Origin: Centroscyllium fabricii
Lineage: Eukaryota
Assembly (NCBI GenBank): GCA_051313645.2
Contig: JBNRSN020000004.1
Span: 74,152,001 to 74,216,000 of the forward strand
Direction of reading: 5' to 3'
Length of the DNA: 64,000 nucleotides
The notes beneath the pieces are model-generated. The model was not told the DNA's origin. It made no database searches and saw only the letters and a program-made list of their open reading frames with translations. The translations under genes and the position numbers were made by a program. Below, in pieces: positions 50,441 to 62,804 of this stretch (positions within the stretch are counted from its first letter, which is position 1; every line of letters begins with the position of its first letter).

Positions 50441-52582
50441 CTCAAAAACTGGTGTATAGTTCAAATCTTACTTACTAATTGAATACTTTGCATTATAACA
50501 GGAAAAAAAAAACTATAACTTAGCAAGTATAGGTTAATTGTTCAGGATTTTCAAAGCCATGATTAAAAGAAGAACATTTAAAATAAAATATGCAAAAAGT
50601 CACCTTATTATTGTGTTTAAAATCATGAAAGGATGGGACAGGGTAGATAGAAGTAGGCTGTTTCCAGTAGTTGAGCTGTCAAGAACAAGGGAACATAGAT
50701 GCAAGATTAAATGCAAGAGATTTAGAAGAGAGAAGAAAGACTTGCATTTATATAGCGCCCTTCACGACCACCGGACGGACGTCTCAAAGCGCTTTGTAGC
50801 CAATGAAGTCCGTTTTGAAACTTTTTTCGAGTTGGGAGGCTGTGGATTTCACTTCCAGAGCTAGTGGTCGAGTCAGAAACTAAATCAACATTAAAATTTA
50901 GATTGGATAGATGGATGAAGGAAACCGGGTGGTTAATTGTGATTCGGATTATTTGCTTGTGTGGGGAGTAAACACTGACAGAGTAGTTGGGTCACATAAC
51001 GGTTTGTGTATTTTATGTATTCGGTCAGGTTTTCTAATTATCTCCACATGTTTAAAGGCCTGTATTTTGTAAAGACCAAAAGTTACATCTTCATAAATGC
51101 CTTCGCGCCCTTTAAAAAAATATATTTTTGTTTTATCCACAGTTTAAATTCAGCAATTACGTAGGCTCCAAGTATTAACTGCATAAATCTGCCAACACAC
51201 CAGTATATTTTTATTAAATTCTATCAGTTTTGTCTGGGGGGGGCGAAATCTTTTCCAAAAGTCCTTCAAAATCTGACTGATCAAATCTTATTTCTATTCT
51301 AAAACCCAAGCAAGTGGTGATAACACCAACCACATTCAGCACAGTGCAAATTGATTAATCCCCTTCTATAGAATCGCACCTCTCTTGATTACACCTATCA
51401 AATGTTAAGTACCATTATTCTGGAGTGACAACACATGACAAATTCCCCATCCATTTGCTGCAGTCTTTGTGGTCCTGCTAGCCTGTACTAACCCTGATGA
51501 AAAATTAATTTCCCTTATCTACAACTAAGCCCCGAAATCCAAATCCTGCAAACTGGCAACTCTCTCTGTACAGGTATTATGAAAACCTCTAAAGATTAAT
51601 TGCACGTCAGGTGACATTAAATTAATTTCTGTATTCCTGACAGACATTTGATACTCTGTACTGAGAGAAAAGATAACATTGTCAGAGTACATAGAACGAC
51701 AGCAGTGCAGCTTCCCGGGCAGCATCGCAAGGATTCCCTTTATAAAAAGGCTACACTGCTCTGTCAAAGGTACTGCCACCAATCCAGCTGCCGACAGACT
51801 TTGCAAGACAAGAATCTATTAACAGTGACACAATGCCTTTATTACCACTTGCAAATAAAATAAAATTCAGATCTCTGTTCAAATCCCTTTGGCAGTTATG
51901 GGAAAATAAGCAGATTTAACATTATTCTTTCACCCTAAGCCACAAAAACCTGAATCATTTGAAGTACTATTAAGATCCGTCAAAAGTTTAATTAGCACAC
52001 ATGGGCTTTACCTACAGGAGATTTTATTTTGGCGCGCATGCTGTTATAGATTATTTTTGCACTTCTACATGCAATACCCTCTGGCAAAAAAACAGATTTA
52101 AAGGTGATTCACCATCAAGTCAAAAATTCTGATATATTTTCAGAGAACAGTTCTATCATCCAGCATCATCTTGTACTAAACATAGCAGGCATACAAGAAA
52201 GGGATGCAACCAGGTGGTGTACCAGACCTTTCACTTGCTGAAAATACATTTGAATGCATAGTAGAGACCTGTGAACCACTGGCAAAGGGATTATTCATTA
52301 ATACTGAGCACTAAAAAGCCACATTAGATAATATTGTTGGAATAATTATTATACACAGCATTTCTGTAAATTGGACTTCGAAAAGGCTCGCCAATGTAAT
52401 AGGATTTTTTTTTAAACCTTCTGAAACCAAGCCGCTCTGGCAATACTTTATCTACAGTTTGAAATGAAAACTAATTAAGTACAAAGTGATCCAGGAACAA
52501 AACAAGCAAAAGCAGAAAGCCAAGTGGATATCTGCAATATGCACAGGACTACGGCTCGGGTAAGCTGAGGTAACCACTGTTT

Positions 52583-52890
52583 CATAGAATCCCTACAGTG
52601 CAGATAGAGGCCATTTCGGCCCATCGACCCTGCACCGACACATATCCCACCCTATCCCCGTAACCCCACATATTTAATCCCCCTAACACTAAGGGTCAAT
52701 TTATCTTGGCCAATCAACCTAACCCGCACATCTTTGGACTGTGGGAGGAAACCGGAGCACCCGGAGGAAACCCACGCAGACACGAGGAGAATGTGTAAAC
52801 TCCACACAGATAGTCACCCGAGGCTGGATTTGAACCCGGGCCCCCAGCGCTGTGAGGCAACAGTGTGAACCACTATGCCACCGTGCCATC
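52583..52890 (-). mobile_element. HE1/V-SINE-type SINE with alternative 3' tail
   Basis: Same body as the other copies, but the tail reads gggccgaaatggcctctatctgcactgtagggattctatg. Confidence 0.88.
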
Positions 52891-53045
52891 CTTTAGTAAT
52901 GAAGGCTCATTTCCTTTTCTGAAAATTTCCCAGTGATACTTTCAGTATTCAGTTCTTCAACACAATAAAGAATGGTTTTCAATGTTTTTCCCCAAAATCA
53001 GCACCAACTGCACTGCACGTTTTTACAAAGAAATCTGGGTCTTAC

Positions 53046-53681
53046 CATAGTTGGCAGCTTCAGTACCCTTATTTTGGGATTAATGTGAGGCCCATCCCCT
53101 CCTCCACTATTCATTCTTTGCATTACAGTCCGTTTTATACCAGGCTTTAATTCTTGGGGCTTGACTGCAGGAACAACCATCTTCCCAGACTGCACACTGG
53201 GTCCTGGTGTGCCAACAGGTTTACACTGGGCCAGTTTTGGAAACTGAAGCGGATTCAAGGGTGCAGGTCTGACCTGTTTGACTTGGTTGGTGTTCTTTCT
53301 CATCTCCGCCTGAACCTGCTGAATATTTCCCGTTTGATGAGTTTTAATGAATTGCTGTTGTACTCCTGCTCCTATGCCTTGTTTCCGTGTGAACAGTCTG
53401 TTCTTTATGTTTGGCTGTATTAGGCTTACAGCCTGTAGTGTGGCTGGGTTAATGTTCTGGGAAGCCTGTGGTGTATTTGCTGGTTGTTGTTGTGATGGTT
53501 GTTGTGTAGCAGGCTGCTGCTGCTGCTGCTGTTGTGCGAGGCGTTCAAGCAGTTCTTTCTTTCGGGCACCAGCTTGCTGCTGACGTCGCAGTTCCTTCTG
53601 TTTCAGAATTTCTTCTCGGAGTCTCTTCTGCTCCTCAATTTTCAAACGATAAACTCTCGTTTCCTCATCTTCGTCTGTAGG
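53046..53681 (-). CDS. RBM33: RNA-binding protein 33, internal coding exon (coiled-coil/Q-rich region)
   Basis: Translates PTDEDEETRVYRLKIEEQKRLREEILKQKELRRQQQAGARKKELLERLAQQQQ...KPGIKRTVMQRMNSGGGDGPHINPKIRVLKLPTM, matching remembered vertebrate RBM33. Acceptor ttctgcattag, donor ATG|gtaag, 636 bp, phase 0/0. A second AG 7 nt inside could be the true acceptor. Confidence 0.93.
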
Positions 53682-54504
53682 CTAATGCAGAAAACAGAAG
53701 AAGTCAATGAATTCAGCAGCACAAAATGTCAGCCCTTAAAAGGAAGGATTTTAAAATAGCCTGCTTAAGAGCTGAACATAAAGGGAACATTTTTACAGCC
53801 ACACTGCACAGTAAGTTGATAGGTTGACCTAGGCCTTCTAGAGGCAGGCCCCCGGAGGGAAGTGGGGGGGCAGCATGGTGGGAGAGGGGAGGGAAGAAGA
53901 AAATAGCTCCAGTAAACTCACACCCCTCTAAGTTAATTCATGGGTGATGCTGGCAGACGGCTGGGAAAAATAAATTCATGCTCCTTCTCTCTCCCCTGAG
54001 GAACAATGCGAGGGGACCCAACAAGTTGTGAATAAAATAGTCTTTGAACAAGTACTCACAATTCACACTGACTGCTGCTAGGAAAGCAGTCATAAAGTGC
54101 AGTCGACTGGATTTTGTAGTAAGGAATGCACGCTGAAAATTCATGTACATATATGGTTTCATATGGATCAAAAAGGGAGAATATTAAAGAAAATGGGGAA
54201 AAAGGCAGGAATAAAAGATTAGACTAATCAGCTCCAATGAAAGACCAGGACCTGCACAGGTACTACGAGCTCAATGGTTGTCTTTTGTGCCATCATTTCT
54301 GTAACTCTACCTTAAAATACGAGAAATACACAGAATGCAAATGTCCCTTGAAAATATAAGATTTTCTTATTTTCTACACTACAAGTTGGAAACAAGTTTA
54401 CTAACCAAAACATCATGAAGTAACAGTTATAAAAGTATGTTTTTCTTTTAATTTTATAACATTTTAAGCACTGGGAAAAGGGACCATTGAGCATTCAAGT
54501 TTTT

Positions 54505-55448
54505 ATATATAAATGACCTGGATATTGGAATAGAGTCGAATTTCTAAATTTGCCCATGACACCAAACTTGGGGGTGTGGCAAACAGTGAGGATACCAATC
54601 GACTGCAACAGGACATAGAAAGGCTAGCAGAATGGGCAGACAAGTGACAGATGGAATTTAATAGAGAGAAGTGAGATGATGCATTTTGGCAGAAGGAGCC
54701 GGGAGAGGCAATATATACTTAATGCACAGTTTTAAAGAGTGTGCAGGGACAGAGGGACCTGGGAGTTAATGTGCATAGGTCCCTGAAGGTGGCAGGACAT
54801 ACTGAGTGAGTGGGTAGCAAAGCATATGGGATCTTAGGCTCCATAAATAGAGGTATTGAGTACAAAAGTAGAGAAGTTATGCTGAACCTTTATAAAACGC
54901 TGGTTAGGCCACAACTGGAGTATTGCGTCCAGTTCTGGTCATCACACTTTAGGAAGGATGTGAAGGCCCATGAGAGGGTGCAGAGGAGATTTACCAGAAT
55001 GGTTCCAGGGATGGGGGATCTTAGCTACAAGGACAGGCTGGAGAAGCTGGATTTGTTTTCATTAGAGCAAAGGAGGTTGAGGGGTGATTTGATGGAGGTA
55101 GACAAGATTAGGACGGGTTTGGATAGGCTAGACAGGGAAAGGCTGTTCCCATTAGTTGATGATACAAGGACTAGGGGACACAGATTTAAGGTTTTGGGAA
55201 AGAGATACGGGGGGATGTGAGGAAAAACTTAACAGCGAGTGGCGATGACCTGGAATGCACTGCTGACGGAAGTGGTGGAAGCGGAGATATTCAATGTTTT
55301 CAAGGGGAGACTGCATAGACACTTGAGGGAAATAAACTTGCAGGGCTATGGGGATAGAGCGGGGGAATGGGACAGACTGGATTGCTCTAGAGCCAGCACG
55401 GACTCAATGGGCCAAATGGCCACCTTCTGTGCCTCTATGACTATGACT
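54505..55448 (+). mobile_element. CR1 LINE 3' fragment
   Basis: ORF 54810-55220 RGIEYKSREVMLNLYKTLVRPQLEYC; tail ctatgactatga. Confidence 0.9.
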
Positions 55449-55871
55449 GACACATTGGAGTTGCTGATTTCTCACTCACTGCTCACAAAATATATACCAA
55501 TGCAGTCATTTTCCCTCCACTACTTCTACTCAGTGCAGTTCTAACCAGAGTACAAAAACATTTTTGTTGTTATTTCTTTCCTTTCTAAAAGTTGTACATG
55601 AACAAGCATTGTGCATGTTGATTTAAACAACCTTTTTGAAAAGCAGGAAAAGTAAGCTGAAGATCTATCCACCTGTAAATTGGTATGGGGGAGGGGGGGG
55701 GGGGGTGCAGGAAGAAGAGATGTTGGCTAACTTACCAACTCTAATAAGATACTTCAAGGCTATTTGGGGCAGTAACAGATGCAAGGATGCAAAAGGCAAT
55801 GGCAGATTTCTCCAAATTGACATTTTATAAAAAATATCACACACGCCATTGGCACATGAAATTGGCTAGAT

Positions 55872-56016
55872 CAGCGGTCCCCAACATTCTTTGGACCGCG
55901 GACCATTTTGGGCTAGTCAATTTTTTTCACTGACCAGGGGAGGGGGGGGTGCTGCCGGAGTTTTTTTTTCCACTGACCGGGGGGGGGGGGGTTGGCAAAG
56001 TTTTTTCCGCTGACCC

Positions 56017-56049
<33 letters not shown>

Positions 56050-56082
56050 ACCCTTCCGCGGACCGGCGGTTGGGGACCGCTG
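55872..56082. mobile_element. hAT/Charlie-type MITE with poly-G internal repeats
   Basis: Perfect 14-bp TIR cagcggtccccaac and perfect 8-bp TSD ggctagat. Confidence 0.92.
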
Positions 56083-58962
56083 GGCTAGATCACAATCCAA
56101 TATCTGCTGTATGCCCAATTTCTAAAAGAAAATGCTTGACACACAAAGCTACCCATCATGCCCAATGAAAATACCATGCATCTTTCCCAGATGAACAGAA
56201 GGACCCAGTCTTCAGTAAATCCATTGAGAAAACTAACCCGGAACCCAACAATAAAAACCGAATTAAATTTGGCAAAAAGATGACAAGTTACTATAGAAAA
56301 GCATGTAATTTCTAGACACGCTGGATATATGCAGTAATGGTTACCAGAATGTCAGATTTATAGGCATCCAAGAACAGAGGAAATCACTAATTTTATGAAA
56401 ATCTCTTGTCAAAAGTGCTTCTACACATGGACAAAGAAACCATCTCAGCATGCAAGCTTCAATAGAATTGTGTCTGTTGCCAGTTAAAATTCAGTGAATC
56501 CTTCTTCCAGTCTCAGATGACAAACTGAAAGCACCATGTTCTAATTTTCCCCCAAGAACCGAATGGACTGGCAACACACAAGGGCTGCATCGACGGCTCA
56601 GCCAATTTAACCAGCAAGTCAGAGCTGTTGGTTGCTCTTGCATAAAACTGATTTTAGGAACCCTTAAAAAAAAGATCCTTTACATTTCTCAATCCAAATG
56701 TGATGACATTACAGCAGGTAAATGGCTGTCCCCCTGTGAAAGAACTCATTCAAGGGTCTCCAGATAGATCACAGTTAAGATACTAATCTTTGAGGTAATT
56801 TTCATGATTCACTTGCCCCCCTCTCTTTAATTTGACCAATTAGGTTGCTGTGACTTTCAGACATTTAAAACTGTACAGCTCATGTCTATGCAATGCTCTC
56901 ACTCAACTCAACTGGAAAGCTGTAAATTTAGTTTTGTGGGCCTTATTTTTTTTTAATTTAATTTTGTAATATCTGAAGTAATGCTCATCCTGCCTTAGTT
57001 CAAAGATGCATTCTAAAGTGTATTTATAGCAAATCTTAACTTTTACACAAGTGTATACACAAATATGGTTATTATTATATCTCCACTTTCACTGACCAAA
57101 ATCAACTCGGCCATGGCCACTTCACTTAGCTACATATTCCACCATGCATTCTGCTCAAACTACTGTGGAGGTGTTTTGGAAGTCATTCCCAGATTTCATC
57201 TTGGTCCTCCCTATATTTCTCGGGGATCCTTTCCTCACTGTAGCACCGCATACTCCAACACCCTTCTAGATCCTCTCAGTCCATCCAGTAATGCCCGTCT
57301 CCCACTTTGCCAAAACGTCCTTTCTGTCTTCACTCCGCGTTTGCAGCCTTGGTGACTTCACCCTAACCCAGCTCATCCAAATTGTGTCCTCACGGAACGT
57401 CACCCTGCAAATGATTATCCCATTCACATCTGTGGCCAGCCCTTCAAGACTCCACTACTTCCACATAGCCTCCTCAGATCATTTCATCATCCCATTCTCC
57501 ATACCATTACCTGCCCAACCTCTCCACCTCTTTTTCAACCAATAGAAAAACTAAACTTCCTCAAAAGTGTCCTCTCCAACTTCTTCTCTGGCTTGCCGCC
57601 TGCACTCACATTGATGTCCGAGTCAATGTTCTTGATAAATGCATTGACTTCATCTTCAATGTTGTTGTCCTCACCAGACTTCAGAGGATTCCCACTCACA
57701 CCCCTTTGTGAGTGGTACAACAGCCATCATCAGGGTCTCAAGTCCCTGATTTGGAGAGTGTAAATGGCATGCAACTGGGCAAGCTGTGCAACTCCTGACC
57801 TAGCACAATCACATCAAATAGTATTACCAAAAGCACAGCCACAACTTAGCGCCATTCTACTGGAGTTCTCCAAGTAGGTGGCCCTGGCAGCCACCTGAAG
57901 ATATCGCTCACCTGATTTAAATATTTAAATTGAGGTCCTACTCCTATGAAAGCAGTAGGACACACAGTTCCAGTTTTGGGCTGAACTAGGCGGAGTGTGC
58001 GCCACGCACACTCTGACCAGTATCAACTTAGATTTCATTTCCATGTACAAGATCATTCTTACAGGCTCCACGACGCCCCCTTAAGGAGCTGACCATCTTT
58101 GGGCCCAGAGACGAGCTGTGTCACCCGATAATGCAGCGGTCTGGAGTCGGTTGGCTGCCCCGAGGTGCTCAATTTCCGGCAGTAGCCTGCCAGCCTGATG
58201 CTAACCAGACCCAGTCCTAAAAACACACCGCACCTTACTCGGGGACCATCAAGCGGCCAGCTAATGCGTTCTACAGGCCTGCTGCCTGAATTCCGCACTG
58301 GGGAAAACACACCATGTGTTTAATTTGTTTGTCCAGCCACTTTAACACAAAGTAATGGCGGTCAGGGTTCCCAAAAGCAATAATAGATTTGAAAGTATAA
58401 TAAAGATGAAATATAATAAAATCATAACATGACTGCTGGCCCCATTATTGGCCATTTAGAGGTTTTATGGACAAATCCTCAGCCTGTTGTCATGCTGGTA
58501 ATTATCACACTGTGCCCGTTACAAAAGCAAAGTGGAAGAGAATCTGAAAAGGCTGTGAACAGAAATATTGATTTTCTATAGAATTTCTCATTCTGAGCTC
58601 AGACAGATTTGTCCTTAATAATTGGCTCTAATCAACAGTTCACAGTCCATCATTTTGACCTTGAGGAAATTGTGCCTCAAGAAATTATTTCAAATTGTCC
58701 TTTCAGGCTGGCGACCAACATGTCTAAACAATTTGAAAATAGTCCACCATTGAAGTATAGTTTTACAGGGCAGAAAATAGTGCTTTTGCACCCGTACTTC
58801 AAACTTAAAAAGTTGAAAACGTGCTCAACAACTATCGTAACAGATTTAAGCTTATTAAATATTACTTTTTAACCAGCTTAATGATATGGAACAGCAGCCC
58901 TTAAAACAAAGGTTCAACGTCTATTATAGTACAGTCAAAAAAAAAAACAAGATTCAGGAATA

Positions 58963-59310
58963 CAGGTACACAATCCTTTATCCGAAAACCTTGGGACCGG
59001 GCGGTTTTCAGGTAATTTCGGTTTTAGGAATGGGCGCAGAGATCAGCGGTCAGATACGGACGCCTCTGATCTGCGTGGGTCATGTCGGGTCATTTTTCCC
59101 GCGCAACTCGGGTCATTACTGACGCCTCTGATCTGCGTGGGTGAGTCTGCTGCTTTTTTGCGCCATTTATGCAGAGAAATAGTGGAGATCAGCGGTCAGA
59201 ACGGCGCAAAATATCAGAAATAGCCAAGATCGGGTCATTTCTCGCGCACAACTCGGGTCATTTTGGAGCTTTTCGGTTTTTGGAGTTGCGGATAAAGGAT
59301 TGTGTACCTG
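58963..59310. mobile_element. Tigger-like MITE, family A (inverted relative to 6499-6828)
   Basis: Perfect TIR caggtacacaatcctttatccg, TA TSD. Confidence 0.88.
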
Positions 59311-59780
59311 TACTCACTTTCCGTTTTTTAAAATCTTGACTGGTGCTGAAACCAGAGTGACATCAGCCCAGATAAGTGCATTGTAGTATGGTTTACCCAT
59401 ATTATATCACAACTTTTAAACTATTTGCCATGACCTCTGTTTTCTACTCTGGTTCATCTGACCTGGTCTCCTTCTACCAGCATCACTCACAGATCACACT
59501 CATCCTGTAACTTCATACCATCAGTGAACTGGCCTTCCACATCAATTTTAATACTTGTTTAAACAGTGACCAACAGTTTGGTAACTGGCTTGAAAGAGTG
59601 AGGCCAATGACATGAGGGAACTGAGTTAATGTCAGCAGTCATTAACCTCCAATATCTTGGCTTCAACTGTGCATGCTGCGTCAAAATCCTTTACACAAAT
59701 GGGCTCAGCAACTCTTCCTTTCAGTATAAATTACACTACATCGATGCATTTCTTTCAATACATTATTTTGAGTTGCTTCT

Positions 59781-62705
59781 TGTTGTGTATGTGATAAGAG
59801 TATGATGGGCAGCCTGTAAGCCTATAGCAGAGCTGCACTATTTCTTGTATGGTGGAGGGATATTGTAATACCTCCACAGGCCACCTAGTATAAATAGCGC
59901 TGCACTGCAAGCTGTATTCAGTTTCTCCCTGGACCTTGAAGAGTAAAGACCTTTTGTTCCTGTGACCCTGGGTCCGAGTCTTTATTGAGTGTCTACCGAA
60001 CACTGACGACAAAGTGTTAGGACAGGACACAACACTGGCGATGAGGTAACGAACAAATTCATCTGCTACAACACAGCAACGGCATAGATCCAGCATAAGG
60101 TCTGGAGAGTCAGGCCTCAACCGTGCAGGACAATCCATCACAAGACCAGCACAGCAGTAGCGGACACCAGGGATAAGGCTGTTGAGGATCACGCTGATTC
60201 TCCAGCCACAGGGCAACAAGCGAGTAAAGGTACTGTGAACTCCTTCCAGGGGCCAGCCGACATCGGGCGAGGCCGACGCCAAAGGAGGCGATCGGGAAAC
60301 AACGGTGGGAAACGGGGTGGAGATCCTAACCGGGTAGCGGGAGCCATTACCGCGAGAGAATATGGGCGCTACCACCACCACGAATACCGCGCAAAGATAG
60401 CGGGGAAGAAGAGGGCAGCAAAAATAAAGTGCTAGTAAAGTAAATAGACGGCGGAAAAAAGGCGCCATAGCAGGGAAAAAGAGCGCGAAAACCGCCATTT
60501 TGAACGCTAGCAAGGAAAGAAGGCGGGAAAAGACGCCACCTTAGACAAAAGAGCGCGAAAATCGCTATTTTGAAAATATTGATAGTTTTGTGTACTCAAA
60601 GTAAAAATGAACAGCGTACACGAATTGTTCAAGACGATATACATCGCCCCATTTGATGCTAGTGAAGAAGATTGGGACACTTGCGTGGAAAGAACAGAAA
60701 TTAGTTTCAAAATAAATAGGGTGTCTGAAGACCAAAAGACTGCGACCCTTTTAAATTGTATGGGTCCACACACTTTCAGACTGTTAAGGAACCTTATTAA
60801 CCCAGATAAGCCGACTGACAGAACATATGACCAGATTGTAAAAAGTCGAAAGGATCATTTGACTTCAGCATTGCCTGTCATCGCTGAAAGATACCGTTTT
60901 TATCAACGCATGCAAAGAAGGGATGAGTCTTAGTTGAACTGCGGAGATTGGTGAAGAATTGTCAGTTTAAGGAAGGCTTAACAGATGCCCTGAGAGACAA
61001 GTTTGTATGTGGCATGAGTGACCAATCTACCCAAAAACACTTGTTAACAAAACAACTGACCTTACAGATAGCTTTCGACATAGCTTCAATTAGGGAGGCA
61101 GCAGCAAGAGGAGCTGCCGAAATCACACAGCACATACTGAGCTATGATACACACGCAGTCGCACTCCAATCTAACAAGTGCTATCGATGTGGCAGAACAA
61201 ATCACGCCCAAAATGACTGTTGGTGCCGTGAGAAGACATGTTGGCAATGTGGCAAGTTAGGACATATTGCAAAAGTTTGTCGATCACCCAAAGCCAACAG
61301 AAGAGGTAGCCCGAAGAGGAGCCCAAAGATTTATAGGAAAATCCATAGATTGGACGACAGTAGTTCTGACGAGGCACCAGGACATGCTCAAACAGATTAC
61401 ATGGGCCTGGGATGCCTAGAAGTCTACACTGGTGGAAAGAAAGGGAATCACCACATACTACGGCTCAATGTCAAGATAGCTGGTACGATGCTCAATATGG
61501 AATTGGATACAGGCTCAGCCTTATCAGTAATCAATGCCAACGATTACGAAAGATGTTTCAGCCACATACCGCTGCAGGACACCACAATGATTTTGAAAAC
61601 GTATACGGGACAACACGTATATCCAAAGGGATATATAACAGTTACCATCAACTATAACGGTAGGACGGTACCGAGATTACCTCTATATGTAATACAAAAT
61701 GGTGGAACGCCATTACTGGGCCGACAATGGATACGAAAAATCACTATTGACTGGGACTCATTAAACAACACAAGTGTTGATGCCAAAGACGAATTTTGCA
61801 GACCAGACATGCAAGTTCACAAGCAGGAAGAAAAGAGATTTGTAGAAATAGAAGGAGCTCTATGTGAGTGCATGGACAAAGTTGACCAACAGAGAGATGC
61901 CATGCAAAGCCTAATTGATGGATTACGCTCAGACATACAATGCCTAGTTGAAGGATTGCAGTCAGAGATTGCAACTCAGTCAATTTTAGAAAATACCCAG
62001 AGCTATGGACAGACAAAACAAAGAATGAAGGTGCGGAGCTCAAACAACAACTTCAGAAACTGCAAAGTCAGCCTAAAGAGAATAAGGCGCTAGAACAGAA
62101 TCTGCCAGCCTTGGCACAATTGCCATCATCATCATCACCAACTGACTACGAGGAGAAGGAAGTGGCATACCACAAAGAGGCAGCTAATAAATCTCAGCCA
62201 AACATGGAAAGAACCCTTGAGGTTGTGCATGATTTTGCAGGACAGAAACAACACTATCGCAAGGACAAGACTAAAGCTGGAAGACGTCGTTAAAAGTTTT
62301 GAGGACAATTATACATGCTGTCGTTGTTAAAATGTTAAGAACAATGCTGTATAATGTCAAGTTAATAATGCTGTAAAGTGTTGAACTGTTAGTTTAAGGA
62401 TGCTACTTCATTTATCAAAAAGGGGTGACATGTTATTTAAAAGGGGAGGAATGTTGTGTATGTGATAAGAGTATGATGGGCAGCCTGTAAGCCTATAACA
62501 GAGCTGCACTATTTCTTGTATGGTGGAGGGATATTGTAATACCTCCACAGGCCACCTAGTATAAATAGCGCTGCACTGCAAGCTGTATTCAGTTTCCCCC
62601 TGGACCTTGAAGAGCAAAAACCTTTTGGTCCTGTGACCCTGGGTCCGAGTCTTTATTGAGGGTCTACCTAACACCGACAACGAGGTGTTAGGACAGGACA
62701 CAACA
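59781..62705 (+). mobile_element. Gypsy LTR retrotransposon with gag-protease only (no RT/RNase H/IN)
   Basis: 254-bp LTRs 59781-60034 and 62452-62705 (TG...CA), 5-bp TSD cttct, PBS tggcgatgagg (tRNA-Ser type), PPT aaaaggggagga. Gag 60607-60933; ORF 60948-62093 with two CCHC knuckles and protease MELDTGSALS. Confidence 0.95.
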
Positions 62706-62804
62706 CTTCTTGCATCTGTTGACTCAACAGAGCTGCTCCAATGATATATATTTTCGATGCATCAGAGTGCAACACAGAAACCAACTCTTTGAACAGATCT
62801 TCGT

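Noticed and set aside
59755-60513. 252-aa minus-strand ORF across the LTR and leader
   Set aside because: No recognisable domain. It is antisense to a GC-rich leader and runs out through the LTR, so probably a chance ORF.
60607-62093. Possible domesticated gag gene
   Set aside because: LTRs, TSD, PBS and PPT are intact and gag is frameshifted, so it is a mobile-element copy rather than a host gene.
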